Source of the DNA: Eledone cirrhosa | Lineage: Eukaryota | Direction: 5' to 3' | NCBI GenBank assembly: GCA_964016885.1 | Contig: OZ024740.1 | Coordinates: 316,076,001-316,140,000 of the forward strand | DNA: 64,000 bases | In this document: positions 24,631 through 37,220 of the stretch, piece after piece | How positions within the stretch are numbered: position 1 is the stretch's first letter | Layout of the letters: each line of letters begins with the position of its first letter | Notes under the pieces: generated by a model | Told to the model about the DNA's origin: nothing | What the model saw: only the letters and a program-made list of their open reading frames with translations | Database searches by the model: none | Program-made: the position numbers and the translations under genes

Positions 24631-24901
24631 ATGCACTGGATAATTGCTGGCCTTGTGCCGAAAGTAGAAACAGTTATATGTCTGCTTAATCAGGACTAAT
24701 ATGGCTCTAAACAAAAACAAATTCTTAGAATTTTTTTCATAGTCTTTCTGATTTGCTAATTTGGGGGTTTGAAAGTCAGTTAGTTCTTTATACTTCTAAG
24801 TCCTAGATGTTGAATTGACATTTTTACACATTAAGGGTACATAATATTCATGCAGTGATGCCTTTTACAGTGGTAATTTGGTGCATTCAATAACAAACCC
24901 A

Positions 24902-25135
24902 AACTTTGCTGCCTGAGAAGCTGAAGATTGCAAGTTGTCAAAGTATCAGCCACTCTCCAATAGGTTTTGTCACCAAACCTGTAGCCATGGTGACTTTTGG
25001 CATTCTTGGTCCTTGGACCACCTCCCTACTCACTACTATTGGGGTCAAATTGGCCACTCACTAGTGTGAACCCTGCGAATTGGAATGGCTATTCCAACAC
25101 ATCTCCCTCACCATCCTCCAGGGTAGGCTCATTTT
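24902..25135 (+). mobile_element. CRE-clade LINE remnant (restriction-like endonuclease C-terminus)
   Basis: EKLK...KPVAMVTFGILGPWTTSLLTTIGVKL..*CEPCELEWLFQHISLTILQG resembles FxPxAVETxGxxG...LxQRxSxAxQRGN. Confidence 0.55.
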
Positions 25136-26282
25136 TCATTCTGTCTACTAGGACCATGAAGTGGCCACCACCTGGGGTCCTGTAGTCCTCCGCACTATCT
25201 CTGCCTGTACCAAAGGGGTCATGATGTTTGAGCATGTATTTGGAATTGAAGTCAACTGTGATAACACATTTGTAAAAATATTTAATAACTTAGCAGATAT
25301 TTATGTTATTATAAGGAATGTTAATCTTGCCTTGTCATTAAGAAAGCATCTGATCATAATTACCCCATCCAGTGTGTAAACTTTTGTTTGTCTTGATAAC
25401 ATTCTCTTCTCTCATATCATTTTATCTAGATGGAATTCTTTGGGAAGAGAACTTCCTAACATGCATTATGAGGATTTATTTCTAAGATAGGTATAAGACC
25501 TTAAATTTTGGTGATGGGTGTAGTGAATCATATTGATCCTAGTATGTGACTTGTACTTTTTTTTATCCATCCCTGGAAGGATGGAAGACATAGCTTACCT
25601 CAGCAGGATTTGAATTCAGAATGTAAGAAAGATGTAAAAATATTAGGTTATGTATTTTTTCTGATGTTCAACTGATTTTTCCATCAATATGAAGGAAAGA
25701 AGCCAATCATCAGATCAGACCAAGAAAACAATACTTCTGTTGGTCCTTTCATTGCTTATACAATCTGCTGACTGTAACTCCTGACAGAATGAGATGGGAT
25801 TCAGACTCAAAATGCACAAGGCCTGATCACATATCACAAAGTATCTTGTTTGATTCTTTAACGATTCCACCAAGTCATTGCCTCCTGGACTAGTATCTTA
25901 TTCATCGACCCTAAAAAGATGAAGGCCAAAGTTGACCTCAATGGGCCAGAATATGTAACAAGGCATTTAATCCAATGTCCTAATCATCATCACCATTGTC
26001 GTTTTAATGTCTGCTTTCCCTGTTAGCAAAGGTTGGACAGGTTTATATAACCCAAGTCAGTACTGAAGCGGAGCCACTAATCTCCTGGACAGACAGGAAT
26101 CTACATCTTGCTTATGTACAGTTTCATGTTCTATCGAGTGCACACTAGAGGTTGTCATGTCTTTGACACAACTGTAAGGTCCTCCCAACCTTTTATTTGG
26201 CAAGCTTTCTACAGCTGGATGTCCTTCCACTAATGGCTGTACCAATTTGTCACCATTGATAAAATAAAGTACCAGTCATACA

Positions 26283-26790
26283 TTACTTACTTGTACTTGT
26301 GTCGACTTTCACCCTGGACGGGTTGAGCCGGCTTCTTCCCTTGTCCTGACGGCATCCCGAACCATGGCAGCCCACACACGACGGATGCGGGCTAGGTCAC
26401 TGGAGATAGCGAGCCAGTCACGGTTCCATTGGCGCAGACCGACCACCTGCGGACCTGAGAGTTCGGAGAGGTCCTCCTTGATCGTCGTTGCCCAGGTCTT
26501 CAGCTGCCCGCCAACGCCAGTTAGGGAGTGGAGGTGGGAGGAGAACATTGCGGATCAGCTCACTCTCAGGGCGCCGGGCTGTGTGACCAAACCATCTCAA
26601 GCGCCGTTGCAGAAGAACTGAAGGAAGGGGTCGAAGATTCAGACGAAGACTGGCGGTAGGTACCCGATCAATGCGTTGGCAGCGAAGAATGCGGCGGAGA
26701 CAGTGATTGTCGAAGACCTCCAGCCCTCATTGATCGACTACCCTCATAGGCCATGTTTCACAGCCATAGAGGAGGATAGTGAGAACAAAG
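26283..26790 (-). mobile_element. RTE-clade LINE family 4, 3' fragment
   Basis: RWFGHTARRP...LPNW...GGQLKTW...DLA...W; CAAGTA/TAAG-type tail. Confidence 0.8.
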
Positions 26791-27446
26791 TCATACATTG
26801 GGGTTGATTTAATCAACTTTCCCCTCCCTCTAATATTGTTGGCCTTGTGCCTAAATCAGAACCCATTATAACAACAAAATTGTCATAATATATACGCATC
26901 AGTGAATCCTGATAACTGTCAATCATTGACTAAGAAGTATTGGCAGAATCGGTAGAGCACCAGAAAAATACATTGTGGTATATTATTACATCTCTTTACA
27001 TTCTGAGTATATGCCTGTGCTTACTTTATCTTTCATCTTTCTGACGTCAATAAAATAGATTAATTACATTATAGAGGACATCACACATATACATACATAC
27101 TCATCCTGGAACTTATATTATTAAATATAAATTATAACAGGAAAAAATTGAACTAGGTGAGACAACTTCTTGGATCAAGAAAACCCATGATGATAGGAGG
27201 TACAATTCCCCAGCATGGATGAAGCCTAATGACTGAAACCAGTAAAGGAATAAGACTATAGAGATAATAAAATTGTGGTTACTGAAAAAATGCAAAATTA
27301 GGTGAAACACACGGAACAGAAAATGTGACACAAAAAATGATAAAATTGTACCAGTTCATGCTAAATATATTTTAGATATTTATAGACAGATTTCAGTTTT
27401 GTATTTGTTTTGTAAGATTTTTATCTGAAAATGTGTGTTGAAACAG

Positions 27447-27705
27447 ATATTGTTATACTTTGGGAGGGTCACACTGCTAATGAAATCACACGCACCTGGT
27501 GGATTTCACTTCAATTCATTGTTATAATTTCCCAGTCAGTTAGTTTAATAACCAGATGTATGTTTTAGTTGTTGATTGTCAAAGCTCTTTCATTACACAA
27601 TCTGTGACATCCGGTTATTAAACCGACTGGAAAATTATAATAGATTAAAGTGATACCCAACAGGTGTGTGTGTTTTGTATTGGCAGCATGACCCTATAAC
27701 AATAT
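27447..27705. mobile_element. Foldback/MITE-like element with long imperfect inverted arms
   Basis: 27447-27560 pairs with 27608-27705 (ATATTGTTATA...TTTAATAACC / GGTTATTAAA...TATAACAATAT). Confidence 0.65.
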
Positions 27706-28099
27706 ATATACAGATTATTTTATAGAAACTTCGTAATTTGACGGCTACAGCCTGATGACCTATTGCCATTCTCTTGCTACAGTTTTTCTTTTATGTTTTC
27801 CTTGCTTATACAAGTGGGTGGGTTTTCTCTAGCATGGCAAGTCACCAGTCAACATCATATACTGTAGAAGTAAACCCATACCAGTAATTGTTGTATGTCA
27901 GGGGTTGTTTCGCCAAGAAAGTTGGAATATGGTTTAGAAGGTCAATTGTGATTTTGTGTGGTATTTATATGTGGATTTATGGGCAATGTTTGTTTGAATT
28001 CGTAAATAACTTTGGTTTACTTTAAATGTACTTACTTTCAAGTTTAGGCAATTGATGGCCTTAATTAACAATAGGAAGTCTCAATGAGGAAGTCTCTAT

Positions 28100-28520
28100 G
28101 AGGTTGATTGATTTGTTAGAAACAGCAGTCAAATCTATCTTTCTCAAATCACATGCTACCATCTTAAATAATGGTTTCTGATTTAGGCACAAGGCCAGCA
28201 ATTTGAAGGGAAGGGGGAAAGTCGATTAAATTGACCCCAGTGCTTTATTTTATCAACCCTGTAAGGATAAAAGGTAAAGCTAACCTCAGCAGGATTTGAA
28301 CTCAGAACGTAAAGGGCCGTTACTAAATGCTGCAAAGCACTCTCCGGTGCTCTGCTCGTACCAATCCATTGCCCTCTACTAGCTTAAATAACAAAAGGGC
28401 ACATTTGATAATATGGTCCTCCATACCCCTAAAAATACAGGATGGTCATAGCTAGAATGTCATCAGCTATAGTTCTGTTTGATCAAGACCAACCTAGTGC
28501 TAAACAACAACAGCAACATA
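28100..28520 (+). mobile_element. Short (AAC)n-tailed interspersed repeat interrupted by SINE-B (28173-28375, - strand)
   Basis: Related copies in opposite orientation at ~12290-12420, 40250-40430 and 44443-44620. Confidence 0.6.
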
Positions 28521-28524
28521 CAAG

Positions 28525-28940
28525 AGTATTGTTCCTTTCTAAGGACTATGTTGACAAATAAACCTCATTTACTCATTCCATGAGAGTATCTTAATCAACC
28601 ATCCCTCGTACAGTATATAGGGGTACCACAATGCCTTCAGTGCTTAGGGCATTTAAAGGTCTTAATTCGACCCTCAGTAGGGTGTAATTTGAGGGAAAAT
28701 TGTTGAAAAATAAACCACATTTGGTCATTCCGTGAGAGTATCTTGGTCAGCTTATGAACTTTTCAACCAACCCTGGTACAGTATATATACAAATGTATTC
28801 AGTGCTTAGGGCATTTAAAGATCTTAATTCAACCCTGTGTAGGATGTGATTTGAGGAAAACTTGTTGAAAAATAAACCTCATTTGATACTCATGAGAGTA
28901 TCTTGGTCAGCCTATGAACTTTTCAGTCTACCCTCATATA
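28525..28940 (+). repeat. ~160-bp tandem duplication containing mariner-MITE ends
   Basis: AATAAACC..GAGAGTATCTT..CCCT block occurs three times, separated twice by CAGTGCTTAGGGCATTTAAAG. Confidence 0.8.
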
Positions 28941-29404
28941 ATACCTTAAATTTTTCGTCATCTCATCTCAGTGATGAGCATCAGGCAATATTTCTAATGA
29001 CGCACTAATAAACATTGTTGTTTTATTTAACATAGTTAATTATATTGACAGTAAGTCTACATTTACTATTTACTATCTGGATAGACTGGGTTTATTGTCA
29101 ATATCTTTGTCACCAGTTGTCTGTCTCGATTTCCCTGTATTTTCTATATCCTACCTCAGCCATTGTTATTTCATTCTGTTTACATGTAGGGCTCATATTT
29201 CTCTATTTACGAGTGTATAAAAGAGGTAGTGTGTGTGTGTGTCTGAAATTCATACTCAAATGCATGAAGATGAGCAAATGTGTTCAGATATATGTAACTT
29301 GAATGTGTGCGTTTGTGTGTGTATATCTTTGTGTATTTATAAATGTTTGTGTGTAATCAATAGTGTGTGTGTAGTGTGTGTGCATATACATACATAATAT
29401 ATAT

Positions 29405-29993
29405 GTCGGGTCACTCTTGAGTGCTACTGGTAACATGAAACCCAGTACAACCTGTTGCATATTTAGGTCGTCGGTGACTAAACTGGCAACCCCACCAAGT
29501 TTACTTGGTGAAGAGGGTGATTTTGGGCACCCTGCAGGACAAAAAACAAAACCTGACAAAGGGCGGAAGAACTCATAAGAGTCAATGGCCATCCGAATAT
29601 GTGTAAATGTGTATATATGTATATATGTATGCATGTGTATATATGTATATATGTATATATGTATGCATGTGTATGTATAAGCATGGTTAAACCACTGTGA
29701 GTGAAGGACCCCTAGCCTTTGTCAGAGCATTCTTCTAGGAGAAGGCAACTCAGTAAATTGGGATAACTCCGACATAAAACCTGCGGCTCAGTAGTTACTG
29801 ATGATGTTGATCTTTTCTTCTTTTCAGGTTACAGCTATGTCGCTCAGGGAGTGGGATTGGCTCAGGGCACAGTCTTTCCTCACTTTAAAAAAATATCTTC
29901 ACACACAAGCATTGCACGATAGAATTAATTGATAATTATCAATAATGTTTTATCGTGCAATGGCCATACTTGATAACGAGGCGGCAGCCATCA
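29405..29993 (+). mobile_element. Second copy of the 5268-5835 repeat, interrupted by a microsatellite
   Basis: Shared blocks GACTAAACTGGCAACCCCACCAAG, CCTGCAGGAC, GAGTCAATGGCCATCC, CTAGGAGAAGG, TGGCCATAC. Confidence 0.7.
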
Positions 29994-30059
29994 TATATAT
30001 ATATATAACAAATGCTAGAAAGTTTGTTTAGTGCACTGCAAAATTAGGACTTTTCCACT

Positions 30060-30720
30060 CCATGCCTTCACCATTCTTCTACATCTCCGTCCATTTATTT
30101 CTGAGAGGGTAGTGGGTGTAGTGCCCTCAAGCACACCTTCCAGTGGATCCTACCAAAAGCAACTATCCCCATTTAATTCGGTTGGATCCCCAAATGAAAC
30201 CAGCTAAGTTCATAGATGTTATCCTACTTTCTTGCTTGGGGTCTACCCTGGGATTACTGTCGATTGGTTTTTGCCCATAAAATCTGTCCAGCGATTCTTT
30301 CTTGAGACATTCTAACCACATGTCTGTGATCTCTCAATTCAGAGAAGTAGCAGTTCTGCCTGGAGTTATTTGTATTCACGATCGTATCTTTTGACCATTA
30401 CCCAAGATTCATGACCATAAGTAAGGGTTGGCACAAATACCAAATTGAAGATAACAAGTTTAGCTTTTACACTTACCTCTCTCTTTCTGATGACCAACTG
30501 CTGAAGCTGGCACATTACTGCACCAGCTTCTGCAATTCTTACACTTGATTCAGCCTTCCATCACTTGTGAAGATGGCCATGAGATATTTGAACTTCTCCA
30601 CCTGCTTCAATGGAACTCCACTACAGTCTTCGCAGCAATGATGTTCATTGCTGCAGTGCAGCACTCGGCAACATGTTGGAGATCACCTTCCGATGTGTTA
30701 AGTAGTACCATGTCGTCACC
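30060..30720 (-). mobile_element. Degraded RTE LINE family 5 fragment
   Basis: Decayed RT C-terminus (KFKYL-like and GHE-like motifs); related to 45690-46070 and 63295-63470. Confidence 0.55.
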
Positions 30721-31251
30721 ACTCTCTCACTACAGTTTTTCTTTTACGGTTTCCATGCTTATACAAGTGGGTGGGTTTTCTCTTGCATGGCAAGTTACCA
30801 GTCAATATGATATACGGTAGAAGTAAACCAAAAGGCAGATGAGAAGAGTGATATACTATGTGCTTGGCTAACCAAGTGGTAAATGTCCTATTGAACTGGC
30901 TGTTAAATGGGAAGACATTCATACAAATTATTGATAACAATATTAGCACTTAAAAGTTTCATCTTAATTAAAAATAAAGAAAACACAATTCATGGTCAGA
31001 CAGTAATTTTACACAATTATATTGAAATATATAGATGCAGCCATATAAATGTATAAATAGGTATATGCTTACAATTTACAAATATATGTATACACCTATA
31101 TGTAAATGCATACACACACACACACATCATCATCTTCATCATCATCATCACCGTTTAACATCTTATTTTCCATGCTTTCATGGGTCAGATGGGGGCGTCC
31201 ACGCTATGAGGCAAGTCTGGTCATTTGGCCACGCCATACCTTGCTCAAATG

Positions 31252-31282
<31 letters not shown>

Positions 31283-31324
31283 GTTGATATCTATATATAT
31301 CATGTTATATATATATATATATAG

Positions 31325-31510
31325 ATGGTGGATTGGCAGTATCGGTAGAGGGTCGGACGCCATGCTTTCCAGCATAGTTACGTCCCTTTACGATCTGAGT
31401 TCAAATCCCACCGAGGTTGACTTTGCCTTTCATCCTTACGGGGTCGATAAAATAAAGTACCAGTAATGCACTGGGTTATTGCTGGCCTTGTGCCTAAAGT
31501 AGAAACAGTT
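31325..31510 (+). mobile_element. tRNA-headed SINE family B
   Basis: A box TGGCAGTATCGG, B box GAGTTCAAATC, body GCCTTTCATCC..GGTCGATAAAATAAAGTACCAG, tail TTGCTGGCCTTGTGCCTAAAGTAGAAAC; more than 12 copies or fragments in the window. Confidence 0.9.
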
Positions 31511-31530
31511 ATATATATATATATATATTA

Positions 31531-34500
31531 TAGATTCTCTCGCCCCTCAAAATCGCTATTACCCCCACTCTCTCTAACATATACGTCCCTCTCGCTCTCT
31601 CACTCCCTAATATAAATAAGAATGTTACGAAGGACAAAACCTCAGAATTTGTCAACTCTTATTAAATGGTCAGTCGACTTCTACGAAAATGTAATGTATA
31701 ATATAACATTTTCTTCTTGTCTCCTAAACCTTCGGTTCATTCATCCATATATCTACAATCGTTGCTATCCTATAATTCTGTCTCACTGTTCTAAATAATC
31801 TTCTCCACGCTTGTTCTAAATAATCTTCTCTTTGCTAACTACCCCATACCCCTCCCTCCCGCCCCCACTCTCCACCTTTACTATTTAGACCAATCACAAG
31901 TCAACGGCCTATGCTATCACTTCTGACTGCTTTTCGATATGATGGATGGACTAAGAAATTTCTGGAGAGTCTGAAGAATCTGGACACTCGATGACAATGC
32001 CAAAGATAACGACAAATTCACCTCATGCTGCCGGACGAAAGGGCAAGGCCCCCTCCTCTTTGTTTCGGCTGCGGATTGCCAACATAACCCCAAACTCATC
32101 CCCCTCACCCCTCCCTGCGCACCATCCTCCAAACACAATCCAAAACTTCAGAGTTGGTACCATGAATGTAGGCACCTTAAAAGGCCGCTCTAACGAGGTT
32201 GTAGAATTGCTTGAACGTAAGGAGGTTGATGTTTGCTGTATCCAAGAGACCAGGTGGAGGGGCGGGTCTGCTAGATTCATTGTGGGTAAAAAACGTTGCT
32301 ATAAGCTTTTCTGGGTGGGAAATGACAATTGGATAGGTGGGGTAGGAATCATGTTAGCAGAAAAATGGGTGGATAAGATAATATATGTAAATAGAGTGAA
32401 TGACAGAATAATTAAAATAAGACTTGTCCTAAATAGAACTACTGTGACAGTAATAGCTGCATACGCGCCCCAATCCGGACTGCCTGGAGCTATAAAAGAC
32501 AGATTCTATGAGACACTGATACTCACTACCTCCCAAATAACCGACAGTGACTATATAATTATTGCTGGCGACCTAAATGGCCACGTTGGACAACATTGTG
32601 ACGGCTATGATGGAATCCACGGAGGCTATGGGTTTGGTACTAGAAACGAGGAAGGCTCCAGAATCCTGGAATTCTGTGATGCAAATAACCTAACTATCTG
32701 TAACACTAACTTCAAAAAACGATCCAATCACTTGATCACCTACAGATCAGGGGAACATACCAGCCAGGTAGATTATATCCTTACCAGAAGACGTGACAGA
32801 GTGTATGTTGTAAACACTAAATCCCTCCCCGACGAAGAATGCACCTCCCAACATAGACTGATAATTAGCGACCTCATAGTCAGGACGAGACGTACTAGAC
32901 AGAAGAGGACTATCCTCAGGAGAAAAATATGGAAGCTAAAGGACCCCACAGCCAGAAATAAATTTAAAAGCATATTACTTGATGCTTTCGACAGTAAGGA
33001 AGAGCAATTAGAGTCATACAATATAGAGGAACAGTGGGAATTCCTGAAAGCAAACCTGCTGATGGCGGCAGACGAAGTCTGTAGCTGGAGCAGGCCTGTA
33101 GGCAGGAGGAGAGTAACATGGTGGTGGAACAGTAAGGTGGAGGGGTCAATCAAGGCCAAAAAGCAGGCTTGGAAAGCATGGCGGGATGGGGGAAGTAGAG
33201 AAGACTATCAAGTGGCCAGGAGGGAAGCTAGGAGACAAGTGTACTTCAGAAGAAGGGAAGCAGAGGAAAGAAAGTTCAAGCATGTTCTACAAAGCGAGGA
33301 CCAAAAACGTGAGGTGTTCAGGATTGCTAGGCCATGTGTCAAGGAAAACCGTGATATTGTCGGGGAGAAGTGTGTACTTAACGATGATGGCGTACTTGCC
33401 ATCACTGACGCTGATAAGAAGGTAGCTTGGAAGTGTCACTACGAAAGACTACTAAATGAGGAGAATAAATGGGAGAAAGACAGTCTCTCCCACATCGACC
33501 CAATAGAGGGACCAGCAGTGTTAGTTGAAGGTAGTATAATAAGTAAGGCAATCAAAGATATGAAGACGGGTAAGGCGGCTGGGCCTTCGGTAATAGTTGC
33601 TGAGATGCTGAAAGCCTCTGGAACGGTGGGACACACCATGGTCACCCGGATAGTAAACCAAGTCATACAGAATGGGGTTGTTTTGAAGGACTGGCGTAGC
33701 AGCATCATCGTTAACTGTTACAAGGGTAAAGGAGACGCCCTAGATAGGAGTAACTATAGAGGCATTAAATTAATCGACCAGGTCATGAAGGTCACGGAAA
33801 AAGTAATAGCGCAACTAATCAGAGAGAGAATTGATCTAGATGAAATGCAGTTCGGGTTTGTGTCAGGCAAAAGTACCACAGACGCTCTTTTCATTGTACG
33901 ACAACTACAGGAGAAGTACCTAGCTAAAAGTAAACCCCTATACTTAGCTTTCGTCGACTTGGGGAAAGCCTTCGACAGAGTCCCCCGTTCCATTATCTGG
34001 TGGGCTCTTAGAAAACTAGGTGTTGATGAATGGCTTGTGAGAGCTATACAAGCCATGTATAAAGAAACAGTCAGCAAGGTTAGAATTAACAACGAATATA
34101 GTGAAGAGTTTAGCGTAAAAGTTGGTGTTCATCAGGGCTCTGTTCTTAGCCCCCTACTATTTATTATTGCCCTTCAGGCTATAACAGTGGAGTTCAAGAC
34201 CGGCTGCCCATGGGAACTCCTATACGCAGATGATCTAACGCTCATAGCTGAATCAATGGCCGAGCTAGAGAAGAAATTCCAAACATGGAAGCACGGCCTA
34301 GAGTCAAAAGGCCTTAAAATTAACCTGGCTAAGACTAAAGTTCTAGTTTGTAGGAAAGAAAATAAGGCACCGGTCCCTTCCGGGAAATGGCCATGCTCAG
34401 TGTGTAGGAAAGGCGTAGGTAGAAACTCCATTTTATGTCCCAAAGGCAATGTATGGGTGCATAAAAGATGTAGTGGGATCACAGGTAAGCTAACTAAGAA

Positions 34501-35202
34501 CATAGATTTTACATGTGGCCGGTGCTCTGGTGCAATAAGTAGCAGCAAGTGCCCACAAAATACTAGCTCTTTCAATTGCACAGAGGGTTCTATAGTTGGT
34601 ATGGTCACGTGATGCGCATGAAAGACGACAGCTGTATAAAAAAGTGCAGGGCAATAAAGATAGACGGTAGCCACGGAGTAGGCAGACCCAGAAAAACTTG
34701 GGATGACCTGATAAATTCCGACCTCACACACTTACACCTCTCCAAGACAATGTCACTGGACCGAGATCTTTGGCGGTACTCAGTAATAGAGAAGACCCGC
34801 CTTACCTAAATACAAAGTAAAACCTACTACAGTCAGTAGGCATCTCTAACAAAATACACCGCCGTCCCACCACCCCTACCCCATCCACACCGCCCCTTTC
34901 AATGTAAAGTTATGTTGGTGCCACAACATCCAGGCCGAAACAAATGAGATCGTGTAGGTGTCACGGCAAAAAAACACAAAGTCCACGCTGTAATGTGGCC
35001 ATGTAGGCAACACGGTAAAAACCTCCCAGTCCCACACTGTAAATGTGGTTGGTGTTAGGAAGGGCGTCCAGCTGTAGAAAACCCGCCAGACAGTCCTATG
35101 CGAGCAAGACAACCACTCTTGCCTCAAATGGGAAAACTCTCGTCCAAACCCATGCAAGCGTGGAACATGGACGTTAAACGATGATGATGATGATGATGAT
35201 GA
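31531..35202 (+). mobile_element. RTE family 2, near full length with putative 5' UTR and a 370-bp internal deletion
   Basis: Uninterrupted APE-RT-PHD frame, deletion junction at 34595/34596 relative to 19870-20239, full 3' UTR and (GAT)n tail. Confidence 0.95.
31991..34612 (+). pseudogene. RTE ORF: AP endonuclease + reverse transcriptase + PHD finger, C-terminus lost by deletion
   Basis: 873-aa ORF with GTMNVG, QETRW, AYAPQ, GDLNGH, QVDY, NYRGI, QFGF, GVHQGS, LLYADD. Confidence 0.9.
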
Positions 35203-35519
35203 TATATATATATATATATATACACATACATACATATATACATACACATATACATTTTGATTTTGACAAAAGAAAGAACATAACTGTTCAGAAAACCTCT
35301 GGTTCAGAATCTTGTGAGACGTAGATATACTTTTTCATCATCATTTATGTCCACTTTCAATCTTGCCATGGTTTGAACTCAATAAATTATATATGTATTT
35401 TATTTAATAAAGATGTTTAACAAAAAGTATTTCATATTTCTCTAAAGTGCATAATCGATATGGTTTCTTATTATGACTGTCTGGTTTGGTTTCTTATTAT
35501 GACTGTCTGGTTTGGTTTC

Positions 35520-36020
35520 TGATAAGATATTCCACAAGATGTTAATTTGTATTAGTTTTTTAGCTACCAGGTACATACAAATAGTGAGGTAGTTGATGTA
35601 TTGTTGTGTCTAAATGGAAAATTGTATTGGTGGTATCCTTTCTTTATTTTTTAAGATATTGCAGTCATGGGTTCATTATAGTAGCTTTATAGACCAGTTC
35701 TTTGGTTAGACTTTGCTCTTTGAGAGTGTATAAGTTGCTGTTAATGCAATTGCAATTAGAGGCAAGGCTCATATTTATTTGGTGGCTCATATTAATTTGG
35801 CTTCATAAGAAGAGTGTGTTGGTGTACAGAATTTTGATCATGTTTTTGTCATATTTCTGGTGTTTAAGGAAGTGTTTATTTAGGAACATAAATTAGGTTG
35901 TCTTCAAAAAGTTGTAGTAACGTGTTCTGAGATGGAAATTTTAGAGTTTCTGCCTAGTTTTAGAACTGATAGCCATTTTAATTGGTAGGTTGTTGTACAA
36001 GACTGGTTTCATAAAATAAT
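35520..36020 (-). mobile_element. Degraded Penelope-like element (RT-GIY-YIG linker and endonuclease)
   Basis: Minus strand fragments FLNKHF..KYDKNMIKILY, SNCNC, LTKELVYKATI, RYHQYNFPFRH..TSL...W*LK, INILWNIL in the expected order. Confidence 0.55.
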
Positions 36021-36057
36021 TATAACTTTTTCATTTATTGAGATAGTGTAGGCAAGG

Positions 36058-36330
36058 GGTCTAATGGTAATAGTGTTGGACTTCAATCATAATGTTGTGG
36101 GTTTGATTCCTGGACTGGGTTGTGTGTTATGTTCTTGAGGAAAACACTTCGTTTCACATTACTCCAGTATATTCAGCTGAAAATAAGTACCAGCAATAAC
36201 TGGGGATTTAACCCTGTGATGGACTGGCTTCTGGTCCAGAGGGGTGTCTTGTACTCTCAGTTACTTCATGCTACAGAAACCAGAATAAGCAGCAACTGGA
36301 TGTGCCTCCAGGCTTGTTTCAGACTTTAGA
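36058..36330 (+). mobile_element. Old SINE with family A-like head and core
   Basis: Diverged A/B boxes and CTTGAGGAAAACACTT..TTTCACATT; a similar old copy lies at 38222-38530. Confidence 0.6.
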
Positions 36331-36649
36331 CTTAGATATATTGATATATTAAAATGGTGGTTTGCACACAACTTACCAAAAAGGTTCATATATAAATCTA
36401 TTATAGAATATTTGTTTCCAAATTATTTTAATTACAGGTAAGTAATGATAAAATCTGAAATATTAAGTTATTACTATTTTTCACTCTCACCATATAAAAT
36501 TATTTATCAGCCAGTATTATATTATACAACTTACTAAATGTGTGATTTAATATTTATGGCAAAAATGCTTCAATTTTGTTCTGTCTGTCTTTCTTTTTCC
36601 TTTGTTTACCTTTTGCATAGTGAGCTTCTGTTGTTACCAAGGTGACCTA

Positions 36650-37220
36650 ATTAGCAGTGAAAGAGGTTGTTCCAAAAGTGTAGTAGTCAGAATAAGAACA
36701 AAATGGACAATGTTAGGAGAGCTGTTACCTCTGTTGATAACAAAAGGTTTCTCTCTTTGAATGAATATCTAACTGTATGATGCTTGCATATGAAGGGCAA
36801 TGGTACAGAGAAGTGAAACATGGGTAGTGAAGTCAAAGGATGTGTGCAAGCTGGAGAGAAACAGTGAGAATGCTTCGATGGATGTGCGATGTAGCATACA
36901 TGAACAGCAAAGAATGGATGAACTGAGAGAAGAACTGAGTATAAGAGGAATCAAATGTGATGTGCAAGAGAGAAGATTGCACTGGTATGGCCATGAGACG
37001 TGTATGGATGATGATCATTTGGGTGAAGAAATGCCAGGAGATGCTGGTGGAAGGAAGCTACAGTAGAGGAAGACCAAGGAATACCTGAGCAGATCTCAAA
37101 ACACTGAGCCTGACAGAGGAGATAATGAAGAAATACACATGAAGGGATGCTGTACTGGAAAAGATCTGTCCAACCCATGTAAGCATGGAAAAGCAGATGT
37201 AAAAGGATGATGATGATGTA
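36650..37220 (+). mobile_element. Degraded RTE (family 1/2-like) 3' fragment
   Basis: SETW...LERN...RGIKC..QERRLHWYGH; AACCCATG..GCATGGAAAAG tail plus (TGA)n. Confidence 0.8.

Noticed and set aside
25405-25495. Acceptor-like sites here and at ~37441 and ~39239
   Set aside because: No strong paired donor or recognisable peptide; expected by chance in AT-rich DNA
27750-27770. Other CTGATGA matches (also ~29799 and ~30488)
   Set aside because: No correctly placed stem II, GAAA and stem III, so not hammerheads
29405-29500. HDV-like or twister ribozyme
   Set aside because: CCAGT/ACTGG and a CTAA linker are suggestive, but P3/L3 and P1 could not be fitted in both copies
34590-34600. 370-bp deletion as a spliced-out intron
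   Set aside because: The deleted segment has no GT-AG ends on either strand
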